Shown piece after piece: positions 27,221 through 35,232 of a stretch of DNA of 57,829 bases (positions are counted from its first letter, which is position 1; every line of letters begins with the position of its first letter). This stretch comes from an uncultured Flavobacteriaceae bacterium. GTDB lineage: Bacteria > Bacteroidota > Bacteroidia > Flavobacteriales > Flavobacteriaceae. The stretch lies in assembly GCA_905478905.1 (NCBI GenBank), contig CAJQKN010000123.1:1-57829 (forward strand), read 5' to 3'. The notes beneath the pieces are model-generated. The model ran no database searches. It was not told where the DNA came from and saw nothing but the letters and a program-made list of their open reading frames with translations. The position numbers and the translations under genes were made by a program.

Positions 27221-28723
27221 ATGGAATACTTTTTATTAAACTTTTCCTTTCTTGTGATGGGTTTGTATTCTTTATGTTTGATACTGATTTTTTTCTACAG
27301 TCTTGCCCAACTGAATCTTTTATTCAATTACATAAAAGCGCAAAAAAATAAGCCGACCTTAACCAATTTAGACACTACCGATCTTTTAAACGTCCCCTAC
27401 GTAACCATTCAACTTCCTGTGTTCAATGAACTCTATGTAATGGAACGCCTTTTGGAATGCATCAATAAAATCGAGTATCCGAGAGAACGCCTAGAAATTC
27501 AAGTGCTTGACGATTCGACAGATGAGTCTGTTGAATTGACTGAAAAATTAGTACGTAAACTACAAAAAGGCGGCTTAGACATTTTGCAAATCCGACGTAA
27601 AAAGCGTGTTGGATTTAAAGCAGGAGCCCTCAAAGAAGGTTTAGAAACAGCAAAGGGAGAATTCATTGCAATCTTTGATGCAGATTTCCTGCCGCGAAAA
27701 GATTGGCTTCTAAAAACTATTCCGCAGTTTGACAGTCCCGAAATTGGAGTAGTGCAAACCTGTTGGGAGCATATCAATCACGATTACTCTGTGTTAACCC
27801 AAGTGCAAGCCTTTGCCCTAGATGCCCATTTTACCCTTGAACAAGTGGGAAGAAACGCAAAAAACCATTTTATTAACTTCAATGGAACTGCTGGTGTTTG
27901 GCGAAAAAAAACCATCATTGACGCGGGAAACTGGGAAGTAGATACTTTGACAGAAGACTTGGACTTGAGCTATCGCGCCCAATTGAAAAATTGGAAATTC
28001 AAATATTTAGAAGACGTAAAAACACCTTCGGAACTCCCCGTGGTCATGAGTGCCATCCGCTCACAACAATTTCGCTGGAATAAAGGTGGTGCCGAAAACT
28101 ATCAAAAAATGATCAAAAAGGTGATACATAAAAAAGAGCTTCCTTTTTCAACCCGCCTACATTCTATACTTCACCTACTCAACAGTAGTATGTTTTTAAA
28201 TGTTTTGATTGTAGCCCTTTTGAGTATCCCCATGTTGTACATCAAAAATGAATGGGGTCATTTGGCTTGGTTTTTTAAAATATCTTCTCTGTTTATTGTC
28301 AGTACACTTATCTTCTTTTATTGTTATTGGGAATTGTATAAGCGTCAGAATGGAATTAGCCTAGTTAACTTCTTGGAATACATCAAAACGTTTTTTACTT
28401 TCTATACTGTTGCAATGGGATTTTCTTTTCATAATGCTCTGGCTGTTCTCGAAGGGCATAGAGGGAAGAAAAGTGACTTTATTCGCACTCCAAAATTCAA
28501 CATTATAAATATGAAAGACTCTTGGAAAAATAATAAATACATTCCGAGTAAAGTGCATAAAAATACCCTAGTTGAGGGATTGCTCGCTCTGTATTTTCTC
28601 TTTGGTATGTATAGCGCATTTATTGTGGGAGAAAATGGTGATTTTGGTTTATTCCCTTTTCATTTGCTTTTATTTTTGGGCTTTGGCTTTGTTTTTATTT
28701 CATCATTTAAGACGCAAGGATAG
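27221..28723 (+). CDS. Processive GT2, cellulose-synthase-like (CslA/CslC-like)
   Basis: IQLPVFNE, QVLDDSTD, FKAGAL, FDADF, FNGTAGVWR, TEDLD, QQFRW, FIRTPK; several TMs. Confidence 0.9.
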   Translation: MEYFLLNFSFLVMGLYSLCLILIFFYSLAQLNLLFNYIKAQKNKPTLTNLDTTDLLNVPYVTIQLPVFNELYVMERLLECINKIEYPRERLEIQVLDDSTDESVELTEKLVRKLQKGGLDILQIRRKKRVGFKAGALKEGLETAKGEFIAIFDADFLPRKDWLLKTIPQFDSPEIGVVQTCWEHINHDYSVLTQVQAFALDAHFTLEQVGRNAKNHFINFNGTAGVWRKKTIIDAGNWEVDTLTEDLDLSYRAQLKNWKFKYLEDVKTPSELPVVMSAIRSQQFRWNKGGAENYQKMIKKVIHKKELPFSTRLHSILHLLNSSMFLNVLIVALLSIPMLYIKNEWGHLAWFFKISSLFIVSTLIFFYCYWELYKRQNGISLVNFLEYIKTFFTFYTVAMGFSFHNALAVLEGHRGKKSDFIRTPKFNIINMKDSWKNNKYIPSKVHKNTLVEGLLALYFLFGMYSAFIVGENGDFGLFPFHLLLFLGFGFVFISSFKTQG

Positions 28724-30045
28724 TGCTTTGGCGAATTCCTTTTCGCTCCTATTTTATCCCGTTAATTACGGGAGCTATTTATCTTTTTGTAGGCTATTTT
28801 ACCACACGTGAACAAAGCTTTCAATTTCTTTTTCTTACGTTTGGCCTTTTTGGACTAAGCTATTTTAGCCTTCAAAAAATATCCATCAATCAAATCCTAT
28901 GGCAGGGACTCCTCTATCGCGGATTATTACTCTTTACACTACCGTGGTTATCCCAAGATTTCTATCGTTTTATTTGGGATGGGTTATTACTCTTCAACGA
29001 TCTTAATCCATACGCCTATACCCCCAATGAACTTATCAATCAGCCACAACAGTTCTCTGCTCTAGCAGAAACGTTACATCAGAACATGGGAGAGCTGAGT
29101 GCTGGTCATTACTCCAATTACCCACCAATCAATCAATTTGGTTTTTTATTTGCTGTTTTATGGGAATCAAATTCCTTATTTACATCAATCATTGTGATGC
29201 GTTTGTTGCTTATAGCAGCTGATATTGGCCTCTTCTTTCTAGGGAAACAATTGCTTAAGTTCTTTGGTTTTGCACAGGAGCGCATTGGTTGGTATTTCCT
29301 TAATCCTCTAGTATTGATTGAACTTACAGGAAATTTACACTGGGAAGGTGTAATGCTTTTTTTCTTTGTTCTTGGCTGGTGGCTATATGTGTATAAAAAG
29401 CCATGGCTATCCAGTATTGCTTTTGCTTTGTCTGTTGGCACAAAACTAATTCCACTTCTTTTGATTCCTGTATTTATACGTTATCAGTCTTGGAAAAAAA
29501 GTGTGCTAATGGCTTGCATTGGATTACTTAGCTTACTTCTACTTTTTCTTCCTTTCTTCAAAGACATTGGGTTGGAAAATTATCTAGCGACCATTCAACT
29601 GTGGTTTAAAAACTTTGAATTTAATGGAAGCCTCTATTATATAGTGCGTTGGATAGGCTATGAAATAAAAGGCTATAACATTATTCGGCAATTGGGAGAG
29701 GTTACACCATGGTTGGTTGTCTTAATTGTTCTGGGCTTTAGTTGTATAAAAGCAAAAAAAACGGCTCAGCAGGTTTTTACTGCAATGCTGCTATTGCTTT
29801 CTTGTTACTATTTTATGGCCTCGATTGTACATCCGTGGTATATAATTAGCCTAGTGTTTTTAACGCTTTTTACACGCTTTAGTTTCCCCCTCTTTTGGAG
29901 TGCGCTTGTTCTCTTAAGCTATGTTACCTATGCGCATCCTTCCTTCCAAGAAAATTATTATTTGATTGGAATAGAATATGGAATTGTGTTTGCTGTACTT
30001 GGCTATGAATTGGTGAAGAAAAAATCCTTACTTCAGCATTTTTAA
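28723..30045 (+). CDS. GT-C fold membrane glycosyltransferase (GT87/MptB-like, polyprenol-P-sugar dependent)
   Basis: LSQDFYRFIWDG, NPY..TP, NYPP, LNPL..IELTGNLH, TKLIP, VHPWY; roughly ten TMs. Confidence 0.82.
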   Translation: MLWRIPFRSYFIPLITGAIYLFVGYFTTREQSFQFLFLTFGLFGLSYFSLQKISINQILWQGLLYRGLLLFTLPWLSQDFYRFIWDGLLLFNDLNPYAYTPNELINQPQQFSALAETLHQNMGELSAGHYSNYPPINQFGFLFAVLWESNSLFTSIIVMRLLLIAADIGLFFLGKQLLKFFGFAQERIGWYFLNPLVLIELTGNLHWEGVMLFFFVLGWWLYVYKKPWLSSIAFALSVGTKLIPLLLIPVFIRYQSWKKSVLMACIGLLSLLLLFLPFFKDIGLENYLATIQLWFKNFEFNGSLYYIVRWIGYEIKGYNIIRQLGEVTPWLVVLIVLGFSCIKAKKTAQQVFTAMLLLLSCYYFMASIVHPWYIISLVFLTLFTRFSFPLFWSALVLLSYVTYAHPSFQENYYLIGIEYGIVFAVLGYELVKKKSLLQHF

Positions 30046-30753
30046 GTTATTGATTTCTTGATCGCTTAGATGTCTCCATCTTCCTCTTGGTAAATCTTTC
30101 TTTGTCAGATGAGCATAGGTAACCAAATCCAATTGCTCCACAACGTAGTCCAGCGATTCCATAATTTGATTAACCGCCTTATAGGTTTGATCGTGAATCT
30201 CAACTCCAATAACGCGTTTTGGTTCGCCACGTACAAAACTAATTTCTTCAACAAACAATTTCTGGTGCCGATCAATCGAGACTCCCTTTTTTATTTTTTC
30301 AATCGAATCAGCGGTTAGGTTTTTATCTAAAATTACTTGATATATTTTCTTTACCCGAGTTTTTGGCGCACGTAATTTAGCCATCAATTCTTGATCGTTG
30401 GTGAACAACAATAAGCCAGTAGTAGAACGATCCATTGCTTGAATTGGATCAATGCGAAAAGGTACAGCTCGATCAATCAATTCCATTACATCTTTCTTAT
30501 AGGTCCCTTTTTTAACAGAAGCCAAGAAACCTTTCGGTTTATTCAACAACACATAGGTGGGTTTGTCTGCCGTTATTCGTTGTCCATCAAAACGCACATC
30601 ATCGCCAGGGGCCACTTGATAACCCATTTCTGTGATTACCTTGCCATTGACCTTAACAGTGCCCAATGAAATATGCAGATCGGCTTCTCGGCGAGAACAC
30701 AAGCCCGAGTTAGCAACAAACTTATTGAGTCGTATCGTATTTTTTTCAGCCAT
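30028..30753 (-). CDS. S4-domain RsuA/RluB-family pseudouridine synthase homolog with degenerate active-site motifs
   Basis: RLNKFVANSGLCSRREAD, LLNKPKG, QAMDRSTTGLLLFTND, KIYQV, LPRGRWRHL. Confidence 0.88.
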   Translation of the reverse strand: MAEKNTIRLNKFVANSGLCSRREADLHISLGTVKVNGKVITEMGYQVAPGDDVRFDGQRITADKPTYVLLNKPKGFLASVKKGTYKKDVMELIDRAVPFRIDPIQAMDRSTTGLLLFTNDQELMAKLRAPKTRVKKIYQVILDKNLTADSIEKIKKGVSIDRHQKLFVEEISFVRGEPKRVIGVEIHDQTYKAVNQIMESLDYVVEQLDLVTYAHLTKKDLPRGRWRHLSDQEINNLKMLK

Positions 30754-30757
30754 TTCG

Positions 30758-30964
30758 CTAATTATCATTTAATTTTAAAGTGGAATGCCGTTGTTTATTA
30801 ACGGTCAATTGAGTAATGTCAGGGCGAGAATAATGCACGAGTGGTTCAAACTTTTGGTGTTTTTTATTGATCCGTTTTAATTTGAAACGGTCGCAAAAAA
30901 CACCTGCTTGGTTTGTCCAAACTGGAGCTAGTTGAGCCATCCCAACAGTAATAATTCCATCCAT
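30758..30964 (-). pseudogene. Internally deleted nitrilase (carbon-nitrogen hydrolase) relic
   Basis: N-terminal VGMAQLAPVW joined to C-terminal KFEPLVHYSRPDITQLTVNKQR; the catalytic E-K-C core is absent. Confidence 0.72.
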
Positions 30965-30974
30965 TTTATTGACT

Positions 30975-31871
30975 TTATATTGTGTATCGGACAAGTACAA
31001 TACTACCTACACCTGCAAGAATTAATGCTTTTAGCAGATTGTGCAGCCAAAGATACATCTTTTGATCCTTGGCTTTCCATAAGAGGACAACTATTCCAAT
31101 CAAATAAGGAATACAGGCAGCAAAATAATAATACATCCACCCCAATTGTTCTGTTTCTCTTAAGAGCTTTAAAATTGGAATGGAAGAAAACATGATTAAA
31201 ACAGTTGTGATAATCTTGGTAATCCTAACCCCAAAAACAATTGCTACGGTATTGTACTTTCTGACCCAATCCCCTCTAAAATTCTGTAAATCTTTGACTA
31301 AATCACGAATCAAAATAATCAGAAAAAGAAAACTAGCGTGATATAGCACCCAAGTAGATAAATTATCGAAATATAGACTAATGGCAAAAAATGGGCTAAT
31401 GGCTAAAAAAGCGGCAAATACATTGCTTGCCCAGAAGGTTTTCTTTAATACATGACTGTAGAGCCATATCCCACTGATATAAGCAAAGAAAAACAAGAAG
31501 GCTTTCTTACTCACTAAAAAGGCCAACAATAAACACAACCCATTGAAAAAAGAATAAAAGAGCAATTGTTTTTCTGTGGAGATCAGTTGGTGTAAAAGGT
31601 ACTGTTGTGGCCTGTTGATTCGGTCTTTCTCCGCATCATAAAAATTATTAATCAAGTAGCCTCCAGCAATAGCAAAAGAGGATGCAAGTACAAGGAAAAA
31701 TAAATTATAATCCGTTAAATGAGTTACCCAAGAACGTTGGGGAGCGAGGATATAACGTGCACTAAGATACTGTGCAACTACCAAAACAAGAATGGTGTAT
31801 CCACGTGCTGAAGCAAATACAGCGAGTAAAGGCAAAAAAGATTTCAAAAATGGTTTAGGGAAAAGCCGCAT
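30975..31871 (-). CDS. UbiA-superfamily prenyltransferase (DGGGP-synthase-like)
   Basis: GGYLINNFYDAEKDRINRP, IRDLVKD...GD; multi-TM. Confidence 0.88.
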   Translation of the reverse strand: MRLFPKPFLKSFLPLLAVFASARGYTILVLVVAQYLSARYILAPQRSWVTHLTDYNLFFLVLASSFAIAGGYLINNFYDAEKDRINRPQQYLLHQLISTEKQLLFYSFFNGLCLLLAFLVSKKAFLFFFAYISGIWLYSHVLKKTFWASNVFAAFLAISPFFAISLYFDNLSTWVLYHASFLFLIILIRDLVKDLQNFRGDWVRKYNTVAIVFGVRITKIITTVLIMFSSIPILKLLRETEQLGWMYYYFAACIPYLIGIVVLLWKAKDQKMYLWLHNLLKALILAGVGSIVLVRYTI

Positions 31872-31876
31872 GCTTT

Positions 31877-32800
31877 TCAGAAATTATATACTACTTCAAG
31901 TCGATAGTCTTCCAAAGCTGTTTTAGCTTTTTCAAAATCTTCCGTAAAGCCTAAAATATAGCCTCCTCCTCCAGATCCACAAAGTTTAAGATAATAGTCG
32001 TTTGTTTCTAAACCTTTGCTCCAAAGGGCGTGAAACTGTTCTGGAATCATGGGCTTAAAGTTATTCAACACAAGTTGAGATAATTTTTTTGTGTTGGCAA
32101 ACAAAGACCTAAAATCTCCACTTAAAAAGTCATCAACACAGTGGTCTGTGTAGCGAATAAATTGCTCTTTCATCATCAAACGGAAAGGCTCTTGTTCCAT
32201 GTTTTTTAAGAAAATTGAAACCATGGGGGCTGTTTCACCAACAATTCCGCTGTCCAGCAAAAACACAGCTCCTTTCCCCTTGGGGTTCTGCGACGGTAAG
32301 CCAGTTGGCTCAATACTGTCTTTGGAATGAATTAAAATGGGCAAACTCAAATAACTATTCAAGGGATCTAAACCCGAAGATTTACCGTGAAAAAAAGATT
32401 CCATGGCGGAAAAAATTGCTTTGAGTTGTTGCAATTTTTCTTTGGTAAGATTTTCTAAAACGGTAATCTTATCAAGAGCATATTGATCATAAATAGCAGC
32501 GACTAAGGCACCACTACTCCCAACACCATAACCTTGAGGAATACTGCTGTCAAAGTACATTTTTTGATCTAAATCGGCCTGTAAATGATCCCAATCAAAA
32601 CAAACGATTTCTTTTGGAAGCTGGCGCAAGTACTCACAAAACGCAAGAAGTTTTTTATGCGAGTCTACAAATTCTCCCTCAGCAGATAATTTTAGTGCAC
32701 CACGATAAAAATTATATGGAATGGAAAGGCCTTTGGAATCTTTAATGATTCCATATTCTCCAAAGAGAAGAATTTTAGCATAAAATAACGGTCCTTTCAT
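31877..32800 (-). CDS. mvk: Mevalonate kinase (GHMP family)
   Basis: KILLFGEY, IPQGYGVGSSGA, FHGKSSGLDP, KLCGSGGGG. Confidence 0.88.
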   Translation of the reverse strand: MKGPLFYAKILLFGEYGIIKDSKGLSIPYNFYRGALKLSAEGEFVDSHKKLLAFCEYLRQLPKEIVCFDWDHLQADLDQKMYFDSSIPQGYGVGSSGALVAAIYDQYALDKITVLENLTKEKLQQLKAIFSAMESFFHGKSSGLDPLNSYLSLPILIHSKDSIEPTGLPSQNPKGKGAVFLLDSGIVGETAPMVSIFLKNMEQEPFRLMMKEQFIRYTDHCVDDFLSGDFRSLFANTKKLSQLVLNNFKPMIPEQFHALWSKGLETNDYYLKLCGSGGGGYILGFTEDFEKAKTALEDYRLEVVYNF

Positions 32801-32812
32801 ATCGCTACAAAC

Positions 32813-33892
32813 TTACAACATTTTAGCACCAGCACCAACTTGATCTTCAATGTACTGCCCATCTTGACAATAGGTTGATAGCTCTGTTTTAATAAAATCT
32901 AGAATTACCGCTTTATTTTCTTCTGGATAAAGTAAATGTACATTTGCTCCAGCATCAAGAGTAAAGGAGAGTGGCAATCCAGTGTCTTGACGAAATGCCC
33001 ATATTTTATTTAACACAGCCAAGGTATTGGGTTGCATTAACACAAAATAGGGGTTAGAAGCCATCATTAAGGCGTGCAGGGTTAGTGCTTCCAATTCGAC
33101 TAAGGCAATAAAATCGTCCATTTCTCCAGTCGATAAAATAGCCAATAAACTTGCAAAATGTGCATGAGCTTTTGCAAATCGTGTGGCAGCATAGGGATGG
33201 TTTTCCATCAATTGATGTCCCAGGGTGCTGCTCACCTTTTTCTGTCCTTTATCGATAATCAAAATAGTGTCTTGAAATGTTTTGAAAACAGGGTGAATTT
33301 TTTCTGAGAGCTGTGTTCCATAGGTTTGCGAACTGTAAACAAGGGAAGTTGTTTCTCCCCAAGTCATTATTGGTCCAACAATACTTCGTGCCGCACTTCC
33401 AGATCCTAGCCGAGCCAAGAAAGAAGCTTTTTGATTAAAGTAGTCTAAAGACATGGTTGGATTTACAATTCTTTCCATGGAAACAATTGCCAGTGCCAAA
33501 GCGCTCATGCTTGAGGCAGAAGAGGCAATTCCACTGCTATGTGGAAAAGAATTTGATGAGGAAATCTCTAAATCATGCTCAAATAAATAGGGGCAATAAA
33601 GCGCAATCCGCTTTAAAAAAGACTCGATTTTGGGATGAAAAGCGATTTCTTTTTTTCCTTCAAACAAAAAGGAAAAAGAAACTTTATCTTGATTTTTCTC
33701 TTTTGGCTTAAAGGCGACCCTAGTGGTAGAAACACATTTTGAAAGTGTAAAACTCAACGAAGGGTTTTGTGGAAACTGCTTTCCGTATTTTCCCCAGTAT
33801 TTGACCAGGGCAATATTGGATGGAGATGCCCAAGTCGTCTTTCCCTCAATAGGTGAAAATCCACTGGAAATAAATTCTTTTGCGCTGCTCAT
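32813..33892 (-). CDS. mvaD: Diphosphomevalonate decarboxylase
   Basis: SNIALVKYWGK, GIASSAS, ARLGSGSA, TLDAGANVH. Probable start ATG 33892. Confidence 0.9.
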   Translation of the reverse strand: MSSAKEFISSGFSPIEGKTTWASPSNIALVKYWGKYGKQFPQNPSLSFTLSKCVSTTRVAFKPKEKNQDKVSFSFLFEGKKEIAFHPKIESFLKRIALYCPYLFEHDLEISSSNSFPHSSGIASSASSMSALALAIVSMERIVNPTMSLDYFNQKASFLARLGSGSAARSIVGPIMTWGETTSLVYSSQTYGTQLSEKIHPVFKTFQDTILIIDKGQKKVSSTLGHQLMENHPYAATRFAKAHAHFASLLAILSTGEMDDFIALVELEALTLHALMMASNPYFVLMQPNTLAVLNKIWAFRQDTGLPLSFTLDAGANVHLLYPEENKAVILDFIKTELSTYCQDGQYIEDQVGAGAKML

Positions 33893-33898
33893 ACAGGG

Positions 33899-33906
33899 CA
33901 AAGATA
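33899..33906 (-). promoter_or_regulatory. -7 box TATCTTTG for the mvaD operon
   Basis: caaagata 6 nt upstream of ATG 33892. Confidence 0.6.
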
Positions 33907-33969
33907 CCATTTTCAATGGCAATTTCACCTCAAAATATATTCACTATCTTGCTGATAAAATCCTTCTTA

Positions 33970-34452
33970 ATGAAACGAAAAACCAAAACTGTTTTGGGGA
34001 TAATTGTCGCGACGAGCCTTTGTCTAACCATTGGTGGGATTTCTGGTTTTATTACGCAAGCCGCAATTCCAGTTTGGTATGCAGGCTTGGAGAAACCTTT
34101 TTTTACTCCTCCCAATTGGCTCTTTGGCCCTGTTTGGACCACTCTTTATATCTCAATGGGAATTGCAGCAGGTTTGGTTTGGGCAAAAGGGAGTCATCAT
34201 CGATGGGTTAAGATAGCGCTGTTTCATTTTGCTGCTCAACTCATTGTAAATGCATTGTGGAGCATTGTTTTTTTTGGATTAAAAAGCCCGTTCATCGCCC
34301 TTTTGGTCATCGTCTTGTTACTTATTTTAATCCTGCAAACAATCCGCTTTTTTTTAATTGTTGAAAGAACTGCTGCCTACCTGCTTTACCCTTATTTGGC
34401 ATGGGTGTGCTATGCAAGTCTTCTCAATCTTGGAATAGTCTACTTAAATTGA
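33970..34452 (+). CDS. tspO: TspO/MBR family tryptophan-rich sensory protein
   Basis: WYAGLEKPFFTPPNWLFGPVWTTLY, NALWSIVFFG, PYLAWV. Confidence 0.93.
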   Translation: MKRKTKTVLGIIVATSLCLTIGGISGFITQAAIPVWYAGLEKPFFTPPNWLFGPVWTTLYISMGIAAGLVWAKGSHHRWVKIALFHFAAQLIVNALWSIVFFGLKSPFIALLVIVLLLILILQTIRFFLIVERTAAYLLYPYLAWVCYASLLNLGIVYLN

Positions 34453-34464
34453 GAAAAATATTCT

Positions 34465-35229
34465 TTATTGAGGGTAAATTCTTTCCGGGTAATCGGTAAT
34501 GATAGCGTCCACTCCTAGGGTTTTCATTCGCTGAATATCTTCTGCATCATTTACTGTCCATGGATAAATGGCTAAATCCTCTTGATGGATTTTCTTTACA
34601 TTTTTTTCTGTCAAACTTCTAAAGTCTGGATTAATAGCAAAGGCATCTAACTCCTTGGCAATTGGGATAGCATCTAGAGGGTCATCTTCTGTGAGTACTG
34701 CAATTCTCACCTCTCGGGTTGCTGCATAAAACAACTTTAATTCATTCCAGTCAAAGCTAGAAATAAATACATCTTTAGGTGTCAATTTCCCTTGATTAAA
34801 ATAGTCTTTCAACAGTGCAGCTGTGGGCTCAGCAGTCTGAGTCCCCTTGAGTTCAATATTTAAAACAACTGCTCCATTAATTACATCCAATACCTCGTTA
34901 AGGGTTGGAATGGGCTCACGCCCTAAAACAGTAATTTTCTGAATAGAATCAAGTGTTAAGGATTCAATATATCCTTTTGCATCGGTCAATTTCTCGAGGG
35001 TTTTATCGTGAAAAACCACCAATTCTCCAGAAGCACAAAGAAAGACATCGATTTCTATTCCGTCCACCCCTAGTTCCATCGCTTTTTTTACAGAGGCAAC
35101 CGTGTTTTCGGCTACATGCCCGCGTGCACCGCGATGCCCAACCACAAGTGGTTGAGAGCTATTAGTACAGGAAATAAGTGACAATAATAACATATAGATC
35201 ATGAACTTTGTGTGCATTGAAAACTTCAT
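34465..35229 (-). CDS. Glycerophosphodiester phosphodiesterase, probable lipoprotein
   Basis: LISC lipobox; GHRGA, ENT, IEIDV, HD, NIELK, WTVN, IITDYP. Confidence 0.92.
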   Translation of the reverse strand: MKFSMHTKFMIYMLLLSLISCTNSSQPLVVGHRGARGHVAENTVASVKKAMELGVDGIEIDVFLCASGELVVFHDKTLEKLTDAKGYIESLTLDSIQKITVLGREPIPTLNEVLDVINGAVVLNIELKGTQTAEPTAALLKDYFNQGKLTPKDVFISSFDWNELKLFYAATREVRIAVLTEDDPLDAIPIAKELDAFAINPDFRSLTEKNVKKIHQEDLAIYPWTVNDAEDIQRMKTLGVDAIITDYPERIYPQ

Positions 35230-35232
35230 CTT

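Noticed and set aside
27750-27950. Isolated odd residues in the processive GT2 (QTCW where QxRW is usual) suggesting decay
   Set aside because: The core DDS, DAD, TED and QxxRW motifs and the reading frame are intact; single substitutions cannot be judged without an alignment
33457-34216. Stack of overlapping ORFs (33457, 33723, 33930, 34031) suggesting dual coding
   Set aside because: Explained as shadow frames of mvaD and tspO; none has a recognisable motif
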